From Phoronis australis (taxonomy: Eukaryota > Animalia > Phoronida), in NCBI GenBank assembly GCA_002633005.1, contig NMRA01000481.1, forward strand, positions 124,001 through 188,000: 64,000 nucleotides of DNA, written 5' to 3'. The position numbers and the translations under genes were made by a program. Shown here piece after piece: positions 38,700-50,554 of this stretch; position 1 is the stretch's first letter, and every line of letters starts with the position of its first letter. The notes under the pieces are model-generated. The model worked only from the letters and a program-made list of their open reading frames with translations. It was not told where the DNA came from and ran no database searches.

Positions 38700-41066
38700 A
38701 GGCCCTTTCATACTAACTTAACTTTGGTATGAGTGGAGCATTAATGGAAACTGCAAAGTGAATAGAATCGTTCACACCAGCTTCAGTATTTAAAAGCGTC
38801 GAAGTAACCCGTCATTGAAGTAATCACAAAGTAGCGCTGAGGCATCCCATGCGCGTTAACATTTTTTTTAATGTGACAATTTGAGAACATATATGAGCAC
38901 TAAGTGACATAAAAATTATTTCTAATTCGACTGGTAATTATTCGAGCAAAATATAAACAAGTAAAAGCGACGACGACACTGCCCTAATTGTTGACGATAG
39001 CAGTGTACCCTGGCAATGACTTCAATGAGACTGAAGTTGACCATCAAAACCGAACCGCAGTGTCAACACACCGCTGTTAATCCGCCTGTTTACTGCGAAG
39101 TTAACTGGCGATGTTAACTTCGATCCTCCACGTGTTGAGGTTAGTATGAAAGGGCCGACACTTAAGTCCTGAAAGCTACAGTCAATGCCCGGAACAGTCC
39201 ATTTTTTGTTACATAAGCTAAAGGCTTTCGCCTAAGGCATACCACCAGTGACTTGTGTTACCAAGCACCTACGCACCTGAGAATTCCATGCCAAGTTAAA
39301 ACAAGCTTAAGAGTTCCAGTTAAATAGAGTTATTTAATCTGTCTCCATGTTTTTCATCAGCAAATGTTACAAAATCTGCGGACTCTTCATCTCATTTCCA
39401 AACTTGATTATGTTCCAACATATATTATGCTCCAACATATGTTATGCTCATGTGCTGATTTAAGGACTCAAAGATTTGTATATGTGTACAGTATGTCAAA
39501 GGTAAATGGTTTTGTTTTGTTTGCCCAATTAAGAACACCATTAACTTATAGGTGTGGTAGATATATGCGAACAATAACAAAAAACAGGAGAAATTTGTAA
39601 TCAGCTAAATAATGCACAGATACTGGTCCCCAAGGTAATGTCAGGTTAGATAGATCATAAATCCTAACGTGATCCTGGAATAGGTCTACATTTGTTTTAT
39701 TATGGACCACAGATGCACTGCAATTGTCTGGTCACTAATTTTCATTAGACGATCAATCAGGGGGGTTATTGTTTGTGCAGCCCATAATTGGACTGGTCAT
39801 TTACCCTTTGTACATTTGCAAAATTGGTGCTTGTTGACATAGACTTTTTCTAATAAGATTGGTGATTATTCCAGCAAAACATAAGCAACTATTAGCGATT
39901 ACACTACCCTTTAAGGTTATCTCCAACTTTATTTAGTGGCCTCCATTCTAACTCGTATATCAAAAAAACTAAGCTTCGTCAACTAGTAAAAGTACATATT
40001 TTTTGAAAGAACAAAGAAGAAAGGTACAATCATAGCAAAATAACCCCTCCGTCGGTGCAAACTTGTTTTCGGTACACATAACCTACACAATCCTTAACTA
40101 TGTTAGCTATTTCAACGTTCACTCGCTATGTCAACTGATTTTGCAGTCCGTAACTAACTTATCATTAAAACCTCAAATAGACGTATCTTTCCCAGCCAAC
40201 TTTTACTGTTATTTACGACCTACTTAGAAAGTAAGTCACAGTTCATAGCCTGTACACGTCACGTGCTGGGAGACTGATACGAAACCAAGTAAGAAAGTGA
40301 TTACAAAAATCGAATCGCTAGCATGAGATCAAAACATCGAAATGTCAACTTATTAATTGTATTAAGGAATTGGGGTGAGGATTTATCCCTTTTCACAACT
40401 TTCTGTGTTCATGACCACAGAGGCCTGAGGCGACTCGTAGCATTCGTTTTCAACACCAACGGTCGTGTGCATGTAGACGCACAACTCCTTAGGATCAAAA
40501 CTACGTTTTGTCTTCGTTTTCCCAGGCAAAATTCTATCATAAGTACACCTCGTTGGCTCAATGTTATGGCCACTTTGTGAATGAAAGGACTAAGAGTATA
40601 CGAAGTTGTTCTGTACCTGGCAAGAGATTCGATTTAACTGAAAGCCCTTTAACCTTTGACCTTGGATAAATAGTAAATAGATATCCACACGGTTCTGCAG
40701 CTCCAAGATGGTTCTGCTAAATCTTGCTACGTGGTATATATTTTGGATTTGAAGTTCCCCAAGAATGGAGATAAGGTATTTTGCTAGAAGCAAGTGAAAT
40801 ATAGTAAAAATGGTCAATTTTTGTGAATAAGGTTGGAGATAACCTTAATTGTTGACAATAACAATGGCTCCTCAAGAGAACTTCGATGGGACCGAAGTTG
40901 ACCGTTCATACTGCACCGAAGCATCGACGCTCCGAAGTTAAATCCACCTGTGTTTACTACGAGGTTAACTGGCACTATTAACTTCGATCCAGGACTGAAG
41001 TTAATCGTTCATACTGACTGCAACTCCCTAAAACATTGACGCGTCGACATTAGTATGAAAGGGCCT
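38700..41066. mobile_element. TTAA-flanked composite non-autonomous element with 17-bp TIRs (Kolobok-like or Harbinger-like)
   Basis: TTAA|AGGCCCTTTCATACTAA ... TTAGTATGAAAGGGCCT|TTAA. An extra internal right TIR lies at 39140..39156, and the right half is internally duplicated. Confidence 0.65.
39915..40844. mobile_element. Kolobok-like non-autonomous DNA transposon (930 bp), nested
   Basis: TTAA|GGTTATCTCCAACTTTATT ... AATAAGGTTGGAGATAACC|TTAA, an 18/19 TIR match. A TTAA TSD with GG termini is the Kolobok signature. Confidence 0.8.
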
Positions 41067-41748
41067 TTAAGTAGGGCACCTTAGATTTTGACCTGACATC
41101 AGCTTCCCACAATTATAGGTAAACTTAATGGCCACATACATGCAGTTAAAATCAATGTTTACAGGCACAAATGCAATAAACACAAAATGTAGATGTTACC
41201 AGACAGTGTTACATCACAATGAGTAAGTATTTGACATTTGCAGTTATGGTGCTCAAAACTATTATACAAGAACATTAAATGTGGAAGAAAAATTCTCAAA
41301 ACAGAAAAATAGTCCCCATCTCAAACAAAAACAAATTTGTTTGAACAAGTGCTAATTAATGACTTATGTCGCAGCTCTAGAGGACCCGTAATATTTTGTT
41401 TTAAAACACATAAATATTTTACTACCATTGAGTGTTATGGTTGTAACTGCCATAATAAATTGCCTTCATTAGTGAGCTGTGTGGAAAGGCAGGAATTGAA
41501 TTAAGACTGACAGGAGATATTATTAGAATGATGGATAGTTGAAACTTAAAAGCAAACCATGGACGAGTCTGTGTCAGTTCCAGGCCATGTTAAATAACTT
41601 TGAACAACTAATTAGACAGATATTACTATTTAAAGAGGTATGATGTCCACTTCATCGCATATCCTGATTCCGATCAGAAAGCTTGGCATGCGACCTGCAC
41701 TTTGCAAACTAAGAAAAAAACGCAGCATACTCTCGAGTTCTGAATAGC

Positions 41749-41794
41749 CATATACATACATATACATATACATATACATATATGTATATACATG

Positions 41795-41826
<32 letters not shown>

Positions 41827-41831
41827 TATAC
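41749..41831. repeat. (TACATA)n microsatellite
   Basis: catatacatacatatacatatacatatacata... Confidence 0.95.
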
Positions 41832-42003
41832 AATTATTTATTTCAAACTCTTTTTCTGCTCTATACGAAGCTTATTTGGGTCTCTACTTTTATTAATTAT
41901 TGATGGTTTTTCCACTCCTCCACAATTATTTGGTCAAGATTAAATTCGGAGTTGGCTGTTTCTTACTCATTTCTTGAACGCAATTTTGTTACTCAAAATT
42001 TTT

Positions 42004-42073
42004 TGGACACTGAGTTTCGAAGCCTGGTAGCCTGAGTGAGAACTCACTGTCCTAACCACTAGACCACGAGACA
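42004..42073 (-). pseudogene. tRNA-Glu-like pseudogene or SINE head
   Basis: The minus strand reads GTCTCGTGGTCTAGTGGTTAGGACAGTGAGTTCTCACTCAGGCTACCAGGCTTCGAAACTC. TGGTCTAGTGGTTAGGA and TCTCAC match eukaryotic tRNA-Glu(CTC), but the acceptor stem and anticodon loop are not canonical. Confidence 0.55.
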
Positions 42074-42379
42074 TTCCTAACAAATTGGCAATTTTAAGGA
42101 TTATATACGATTCCACAGTACACACGGAAGTCACTTGTAATAACATGCACATGAAAAAGATTTTATTCATTAAATATACAACTGTACATTTCAAAGCTTA
42201 AATAATCGGGACTCCCAAGTATGTAGTCTCATTAGTAGCAACAAACGCATCGTATGTATACCTCGTTGCCCAATGAAAAGTTGTAAGTTATAAGACTTGT
42301 CAGCTGAGTCATGGACAAGCCATGCCAGTTTGCTTCCGTCGTGAACATTTTACATTTTACGCAAAAACGTAATCAATAT

Positions 42380-42618
42380 TATTATTATTCCAGTCTATAC
42401 TATTTTTCAAGTTCCACAAATTTGCCATGTATACCATTGATTCCATCCTATACTATTTTTTTTCGCAAATTTCCGGTCTATACTATTATTCTACTCTTCT
42501 AGTGGCAAAAATGTTAGGTCTATACTATTATTAGTCTATACTATTATAAGAAATCTTGAAAATTTCCGGTCTATACTATTACTGCTGTCTCAACAACCAT
42601 TTCGAACTGGAAAGTAAT
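42380..42618. mobile_element. MITE fragment with repeated GTCTATACTATTATT motif
   Basis: About 5-6 copies of (G)TCTATACTATT, ending in CCATTTCGAACTGGAAAG|TA. Confidence 0.5.
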
Positions 42619-44046
42619 CAAGGAGTGAAAACATTTCAGTGCTGCTGCAATCATCAACATACTGCACCACTAATAAACACAGGCTCAAGGGCCCAATAAA
42701 CTTAGCTCATCACAACAAACACGATATGGAGCTCCTCCAACACCTTTGGGAGTCAGGGCGAGACTTTGCGAGTTTCTTTTGATTGTGTAAGCCCTGTTTT
42801 GCGAGTGCTGCTGACTGAGTTATTGCCGGAGTTATGCTCTTAGTGAGCAAATTTGTTTATTCCTTCGTCAACTGAGTGTATCCGTGAGTGGAGTGAATAT
42901 GTAGGGAGATGCTCACAGGAATAGACATCATGTTGTTTTCACCCCCGATAATTAGTTAGTGAGGTCAACTTGTTTTTTTAAATGGCCAATTGCTGCAATA
43001 GTAAAATAATTACTCACTACCACTGCTTACAAGATCTGTTCTGCAACAAGACTCTAGGCAATGTTTGATCGTGGCTTATCTTCGAATGTACTGTCTAACA
43101 ATGGCTAGGTGAAACAGTGCTGCAGTAATATCATTTCTGCAAATCTATTACATCAGTGATGCAATGGGATACTTCTCTTTACAATATGGATGGAAAGTCA
43201 TTGCATTCACTTGCACTAAGGTGTCGTTCACACAGCAAGTTCCCCTAGGAGAACTTACTCCTGGAACAAGTTGTCACCAGGTTTAGTAGTAGAGTGGAAG
43301 CTACTCTTGCTGTAGCAACTTGAGACATGTAAGTGGCAAATGAGTCCACCTTATTGAGGTATAATAACTTATTCTAGGGGGACTCGCCCCAATGCAAGTC
43401 CGAGAATGAACGTAACTCAGTAGACAAGATGGAAGTATGTAGTTGTTAGCTGCACTCGCTCGCTTACACACACAGGGGTATGAAGTATTTTTGGCGCCAT
43501 ATTTGTCACATGGTATAGGGTGGACACTCGCCTGAATGGGGGGAGGTGCTTTAGAACAAATCATTCTAGTCATTTGTGTAGACACGACTTTACATCAGTT
43601 CAAATCACCAAAAATTTAACAAAAATAACTTTTTAAAAATTTGAAGCTCATATCACAGTAACTATGAATCCCACAGAATAGTGTAATAAACATTGGTTTA
43701 CATTAATGGTGTTAACTGGTGATTTTCCAGTTGCAACTTTTGACCTAACACAACTTCCCGCAGAAAATTGATAAAGAGTTTATGGTCGAATCTTCCTGAC
43801 TAACCCAGTACCGTGACATCACACTTTCCATTCCTAATGACTGATAAAATGCCAGAACTTTCCAATCATGTTAACTCTATCGAACAGCTGTTTGAAGGTC
43901 TTCACTTGACAGATTAAGCAATTCCCATGTCCAAATTTAACGCTCCTTTTTTGCAGAGCTAGAAAAATACTATGTATGATTGACTTTAGGGACGGTGTTT
44001 TGAACACAGTTCTGAGCTGCACTGGACAAGAGAGGGTTGAATTATC

Positions 44047-44106
44047 ATACACTACTATAGCTTTCCAAACTTTTTATACACTACTATAGCTTTTCAAACT
44101 TTTTAT
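44047..44106. repeat. 29-bp tandem duplication
   Basis: ATACACTACTATAGCTTT(C/T)CAAACTTTTT twice. Confidence 0.9.
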
Positions 44107-45229
44107 GTCTGCATTGCTTCTCATTATGCTCCAATCAAACTTAATTGGCATGAAAATGACAAAAGGCTAATCAGTTTTTATGTAAACTAGTAATTCCTAT
44201 GGAAGCAATGTGCTACAGAGCACTAAGAGGCAGGCAAGAGCACTTAGATATGTTGAATAAAAGAGAATGCTGTGGTATTTCAAGAAGTAGGTATTTATTT
44301 GCTCTAGTTGATCTTTGAGCAATCATGTGAAAACTAATCATAAAACCATACTCTCAGGATGTTCGTATATGTTAAGTACATGAAAAAATCTGAGTGCGTC
44401 GTGTCGATAAATGATAACTTCCCAACATAAAACTTTTACAAATCTAAGCAAGAAAGTCTCAATTTATTTAAGTCCTGACATTCTATGCTCTGGGTATCAA
44501 GAGTTTTTGTCGTGAATATAATTTTTTCTTTCAAGCTGCATTTTTCCTCATATGCATTGCAATTATTTGGTAAAGAACACAGTTCTTACGCGACGAACCG
44601 GACTGCGAATTTGACTCAGTTCCAGTGTTGTTATTCTACCCCGTTCACATTAACTGGTTAAAATGCAAGCGTTTTCCCTGGCACTTTCCCCGACAAGAAA
44701 AAATGGCAGTCGTGTGAACAGTTACAAATGCCACTTTCAGTAGCTCTCTGCCAGCGGTTACAGTTACTCAAAAACTTATGGCGTTTTGAATTTCGCAACC
44801 ACTTTTGTAGCTAGACAGCTTACTTCATAGGACACTAATGCGCAGGGGTAATAGATTTTTGTTTAATGTCGCATTAATCAATTTAGGGAAGAAAGTGAAC
44901 GCGTTTCAACATCAAAATTTCCCTAAAAGCCAACTCGGGTGGTGAAGAAACAAACTTGCAAAAATTGGATTCTCACACTGACCGCTGGTCTGTCGGGCCA
45001 AAGCACATGATTTTTCACTCCCGTTTTTAAGCCAGTAACACTACAAGGCTTTTGGCCACTCCTGTGAACCACACTTTGTGGTAACAGGTCTTCCTAAGAA
45101 AAAGAAAAAAAATCCTCATCATTGACCACCATGAATTTACCATGCCCATTCTCCTACGAATTCTGTAACACCTGAAGATGGCCGGAGAAGTGACCAGCTG
45201 AAATGTCATGCCAGTGGAAATGGCTAGAG

Positions 45230-45470
45230 CATGCGCGCACCCAGGGGGAGGCTCTTACGAGCACCCCCCCCCCCCATTCGGCGAAGTGGGCAAAAAGGTC
45301 CGACAAAGAGAAACAAAGTCTGCCAAAATTAGACAAAAGTCCACTTAAAAAGCAGGCACTACCAAAATTCGGCAAATGCACAGCTCTGAACGTACTTCGT
45401 TTTTTTGGTAAAAGGTCCACATACCCAAAAATTCAAGTCACCCCCATTTTTTAGGCTAGGTGTGCGCATG
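45230..45470. mobile_element. 241-bp MITE with 5-bp TSD (TAGAG), hAT-like architecture
   Basis: TAGAG|CATGCGCGCACCCAG ... CTAGGTGTGCGCATG|TAGAG, a 13/15 TIR match. It has a subterminal G/C tract and AAAAGGTCC repeats. Confidence 0.75.
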
Positions 45471-46144
45471 TAGAGGTTGATGTAAATAGACCAATAGATT
45501 TTAGAAATGATTTTATTGCACCACGACAGACTTTATAACACACGCTTGCTATCTATCACTGAATGAAAAGCATGTTGGTTCATGAAAAAAGAATAATAAT
45601 GCTTTTAAGAATTACGGTCTGCGAGAAAAGACTAGAAAAGAAAAGTTTTCATGCTATCACAATAAAAATTTTCAAGAACGACAAAGTGCTCAGATCTAGG
45701 AAGACCGCCAGATCTCAGGCCTTTGCACAGGCTTGCAATGGTGTTGCCGTGGCAGCCGGCAGACATGACTACAATACCCTTGATACTGTTATCAGCAGAA
45801 CAAGATGAAAGTCTGGCAGTCAGACCAGGGCAAATAAATGAGCATTGAAAAATATCAATGGGGAATCTCAGGTGAAATGCCAACGACCTTAGGCATCCGC
45901 CTGGATTAGGATTAGGTTTCGTACATTTCCACCAAAATCGCATTGCACTGGACGACTTGAAATCCTAGCTGGGTGAAGTCTGAGATTCGGTAGGTAAAGG
46001 TATCGTCAGTGTATAACTTCCCTAATTTCTTGTACACGTTTTTAGCCTTCATGATGAAAAAGACCTAGGTATGCTAAGTCTTGCAACTATTCAGATACTT
46101 TTAACAGCAGTTACTATCCAGGGGTCTAGGAAAGCAGAACAGGA

Positions 46145-46314
46145 TAGAGTTCACTAATGCTAGGACCTCGCTAAAACCGCCAAACAGTCCTGCTTCTTAG
46201 TGTAGATCGTCACGAGATAACGCGAGATATTGCCATGAATTTTAAATGAGACACGTGATTCTGGCTGTAACTAAGCGAGGTCCTAGCGTAGGGTCCTAGC
46301 ATGACTGAACTCTA
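46145..46314. mobile_element. MITE with TAG termini; partial second copy at ~46738..46830
   Basis: TAGAGTTCACTAATGCTAGGACC ... GGTCCTAGCATGACTGAACTCTA. The internal GCGAGATATTGCCATG.ATTTTAAATG is shared with ~46790. Confidence 0.7.
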
Positions 46315-47569
46315 CGCAGGTACTTAAGATGTAATTACTCACACTGGGGTTTGTCAGCTTTGCACAAGCAAGTCATCCTGGCTCAACGAATACCAATCAT
46401 TACATAATATCTAATGTTTAAACAAATTAGAAATTCTGAACAAATAAATGAAAAGAAGAAAATCATCAGAAACAAAGATGTGCGCTTTGAACATACATTT
46501 TCCATTCTACAGACAATGTTACATATCCAAATATTATTTTAGACTCGTGCACAAGAGAATATCAGTTTACAATTTGTTCCATTGATTTCTTTTAAATCTC
46601 ACCAGAAACAGCACTGTAGTTCAATATGGATTATATTGAAGTCAAAATATGCATTTACTGTACAATAGTCAATCTGATACTATTTTCAACAAATACGTGA
46701 AAACGCATAAGTAGCGCTAAGACCCACTAAGTTAGGGTAGAGTTCAGTAAAGCTAGGATGTCGCAAGAAAAGCAAGACTGTGAGATTAGGCGAGATATTG
46801 CCATGCATTTTAAATGGGAGTACGGGATCACAGCAAGATTTTTCTTGCCGCTAGACAGCTACAAAACTCTACCCAGACTGCAACTCTTTCCATACTTTGT
46901 AAGTGTTATGCAACCATTACTGTCAACACTTACAACTAAAACTGTTGAAAGCCAACTTCAGTGCAATTGCTTTCTGAGTCAGCCTAGTTGGTGCCCCCAG
47001 TACACCAATTGTTTCCAACGAGATTTGACAGCAGAGCCACCTACTGAGTTATAACCTTTGTAACTGTTGTATTCACAGCCGGTTACAACAGTTGCGATTA
47101 ACTGCTTGCTAAACCACCCAGAGGGTTATAACTACCACACTAAAGTTTTTAAGTGTTCAGATTAGAGCTACAACCTTTAAATAGGTTTTGAAACTTATCA
47201 TCACTTCGATGTGAAGAGGCAATAGCTTTGCATGAATACAAGCACTGAACTTATTGATAGAATCATAGTTATTTTCATCGTTTATTGATAACATATTTCA
47301 CATACACCTGTAAGAGTTCAACCAGTCCAAACATATAGAACCGTTATCACAAAGGTCAAGGACAATGAAGATACCTAGACCAACAGGAACTATGAGGGAT
47401 TAATGTACAGGTTAGGGTTATTTGCTGTACAACGTCTACAAAATTTTAAAGGGGAAAACGACCGTTTTTGATATTACCATTACTAAAAATGCAGATCCCA
47501 GATTAGCCTGTAGAGACACATTTCTGTCTTAATTTCTGTTCCCTTAAAGAGTATCCAGTTTATGTGGAA

Positions 47570-47770
47570 CGGCAGAAAGTGACGGAAACGAAACAGTAGG
47601 CGTCTGATTCTTGGTTCAGTATTCACTTCCAACAAACAAACACAAATGACTTGCACATACTGTGTTCAAAAAGGAGTAAGACATTGTTTCTTTATTGTTT
47701 CTTTAAGTGAATACAGAACCAAGATGGCGGCCCTTTGCAGGGCCGTTTACATCACTTCCTAGTGTTACGT
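47570..47770. mobile_element. Degenerate palindromic MITE
   Basis: TCTTGGTTCAGTATTCACTT / AAGTGAATACAGAACCAAGA inverted arms. It carries a YY1-like CAAGATGGCGGC. Confidence 0.5.
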
Positions 47771-48084
47771 AGATAGCAAATACACACAAGAGGAATAGCA
47801 ATCAATACCTAAAAATGTATCACTAAGATGAACCGGAATTTGTATTTTTTCTATTTCACGTTGTATCAAAAATGGATAGTTTCCCCTTGAATGACAAATT
47901 GCAACATACACCCTGTCAGAGAGTTGAACGAACAATTTTAAGCTACCCTAGTAACTTGCCAGAGAAGCAGAAATGCCCAGATGCACTAAGGTAAATAACA
48001 CCTACCTCTATAAATCTTTCAACACCAGGCCAAATTGTTAATACAAGATGGTCAATGAATCCACCATCACTCTTCATCAAACAG

Positions 48085-48385
48085 TCACATATGTGGACCA
48101 CAGACACTACCCTACAACTATTTGGACCATGGACAGTTATAACTGCCAGGATCATGGACACTTATAACTATGTGGACCGGACACTTACAACGATACAGTG
48201 GACCATAGACAGTTATAACTGCCAGGACCATGGACAGTCTTATAACTATGTGGACCAGACACTTACAACCATGTGTACCAAACACAGTCACAATTACGTG
48301 TACCATGGGTACTGATAACTACACTAGACCAGATACTTAGTACAACCATATGGACCACAGACACTTACAATAACTAGTATGTGGA
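48085..48385. repeat. Degenerate modular minisatellite
   Basis: Recurrent TATGTGGACCA(C/G)ACACTTACAAC and GGACAGTTATAACTGCCAGGA modules. Confidence 0.8.
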
Positions 48386-50316
48386 TTGACAATGAACAAT
48401 TTACCAGAACTTGCCCGTTAGGAAACAGTAGACTTAATTCCAGGTATTCCAGGAATTGGCACACCAAAGTTCATGTCTAAACAAAACATAAAAATCAAAT
48501 CAGTTATGTTTCACTATAACTTACCTACTCTACCAGCTTTTATTTACTTTACACACCTGATCACCACCTGCTGGCAACATGCGCTGCCGTTATTTTCATA
48601 TTAGTGGCAATTAACTTTGATGTACGTAAATACAATTGCACTGAACCAATGCCATTAACCACAGAAGACACTATTTTTACAATTGGTTTAATTGACATGG
48701 TTTATTGGTTATAATGCAATAAGGGCAGACCACTGGTCACATTGACCTACGTTAACCCGTGCAGAAGGCTACCAATAGTCACTGTTCGTCAAGAAAAGGT
48801 TTCGCTAGAAAATTCAGATTAGCTGTTAAGCAAAACCAGCCATAGGTGAACAACCATGAAACAGAAAGAAAAATTCCTCGCCAACTATTTGGCAATACCT
48901 ATTTGCTGTCCCTGATTTTTGATTCACACCATGTTCATCCACAGAATAACGTGTTTTACTCAGACAATGCCTGGTCCTTAAAATTAACAATAAATTTGTG
49001 TCATAAAGGCAACAGTATCAGCCAGTTTGCCCCAAAACAACGTTTACATAATAAAATATGATATGTCGCTAGATGACAGTCCACAACACTTAAGTGCTCG
49101 ATAGTATATGATAGATAGCGCCACAGTTCGCTACAACGACTTGTCGTCTCAGCGTACCATATACTCAACCCATATTTACACTATGATAGACACCACAATT
49201 GTCCAGTAAGAGATTTGATAACTTTTTTTCATAAATTTTTCATGACCACTATGGAAGCTTACTACAGAAGTCTCCCTTTTTGGTTTGTCCACAGTCTCAA
49301 TACAAGAGTATTCCAATTTTGCTACGTCACAAATATACTGTAGTCTACTACAGTCAGTCTCCTACTTCCTACCCATTTTAGTTCGGAGTTATATTCGCAT
49401 ATACTAAATATTAGAAGAACTTTGAAGGAATCAGTAAACTTGTCTTTGCACAGTCATCAAGTGTTATGACAGTAGCCTATAGATTTTGAAAGTTTCTTCC
49501 TGGCGTAGTTACATGACTAGGGAAACCATGAAGTTTAACAAATAAATACCAAAATAATAAAAGCATTAAGTGCTGAATTTGCTCCTGATGGAGAGAATTG
49601 TGCGTACCTGTAAGTCTATAAAACAATTTAAGAGATGTAAACACCAAGAATTTTGATATACCGCAAGAAAACTACAAAATCTTTATATCATTAATATATT
49701 ACAAATAATGCAATTGATAAAAAACAATGTGATTACTGCAGACTACGTCTTCAGTCTGCTTCTTATTGAAGCAGCCAAGGTCAAGGTCACTACAAGTCGG
49801 CCACGACTAACTTTTTATTGCTTCAAATACAAAAATGAAATGTAAAGAAAGAGTTTGACTTTTGTATCTGGTTGACCTTTGACTATTTGAAAACGTTTGT
49901 TAAGTCTTTACTGTACGAAACAGACAACTTAAGATATTTTAGTGTGTGATAGGCCTACAGAGTACAATTTAACCGAAACGGTGCAGGCGTGTCGAAAAAA
50001 CACAAATTACCTACTGATTTCAGTTACTTTCATAAAATGCGCACATCGCCAAAAAGCAAAAGAATTTTTTATCAGGATAGTATACTTTGGACTCCCCGAA
50101 TATACTATGATTGATTAGTCGTCTGTAACTGGGACTGTTGTTGTAGTGTACCCCCCGAGGCACTAGGAGTCGGATTCAATCAACTCAAAAGTAAAACTCG
50201 GGGCGGGCTGTTTGCCCTGTAATCGAACATAAATCGGTGGTGTTTACAATAATTGAATACGACTGTTTGTTTCATGAGATGAACTACCAAAAGTTCAACA
50301 TAAGAGTACTACTTAC

Positions 50317-50554
50317 CGTTTGCAATCGTCTTTTCGCTGGGCATGCTGCTGAAAGAAACGGTCTTTTTCCGCAGGTTTTTACGTGAAGCTGAATCCTTAA
50401 TGAGACTACTCCGACGAGGCAAAACTTGTTTCGGGAAAACATCGTCGTTTTCACTGGACGTCGGGGTCAGTGGAGGTTTAATTACTGTCTCGTCACTAGA
50501 AACGTAGTCAGAACTCTTGCACGGGTCATCGCAACCGTCCGTCGCGTCAGCCAT
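50317..50554 (-). CDS. PLCL1/PLCL2: Inactive phospholipase C-like protein (PLCL/PRIP family), first coding exon
   Basis: Encodes MADATDGCDD...LPRRSSLIKDSASRKNLRKKTVSFSSMPSEKTIAN, matching the vertebrate PLCL1/2 motif PRRSSIIKD...RKKTVSFSSMPSEKKIS (PP1-binding RVxF) just before the PH domain. The ATG is in AAAACATGG context. The exon is 238 nt and ends in phase 1 at G|GTAAGT. Confidence 0.9.

Larger units (their letters stand above)
1..50316 (-). other. Probable very long first intron of the PLCL gene (>50 kb, runs off the window)
   Basis: Starts at the GTAAGT donor at 50316..50311 (minus). I looked by eye for the expected next exon (start of the PH domain, DC..FMQ.G.EL.KVR.NSR-like) and found none. 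A small exon could have been missed. Confidence 0.65.

Noticed and set aside
42004-42073. Functional tRNA gene (also 28194..28270 and a B-box fragment near 59972..59994)
   Set aside because: Acceptor stems do not pair and loops are non-canonical, so I treated these as pseudogene or SINE remnants.
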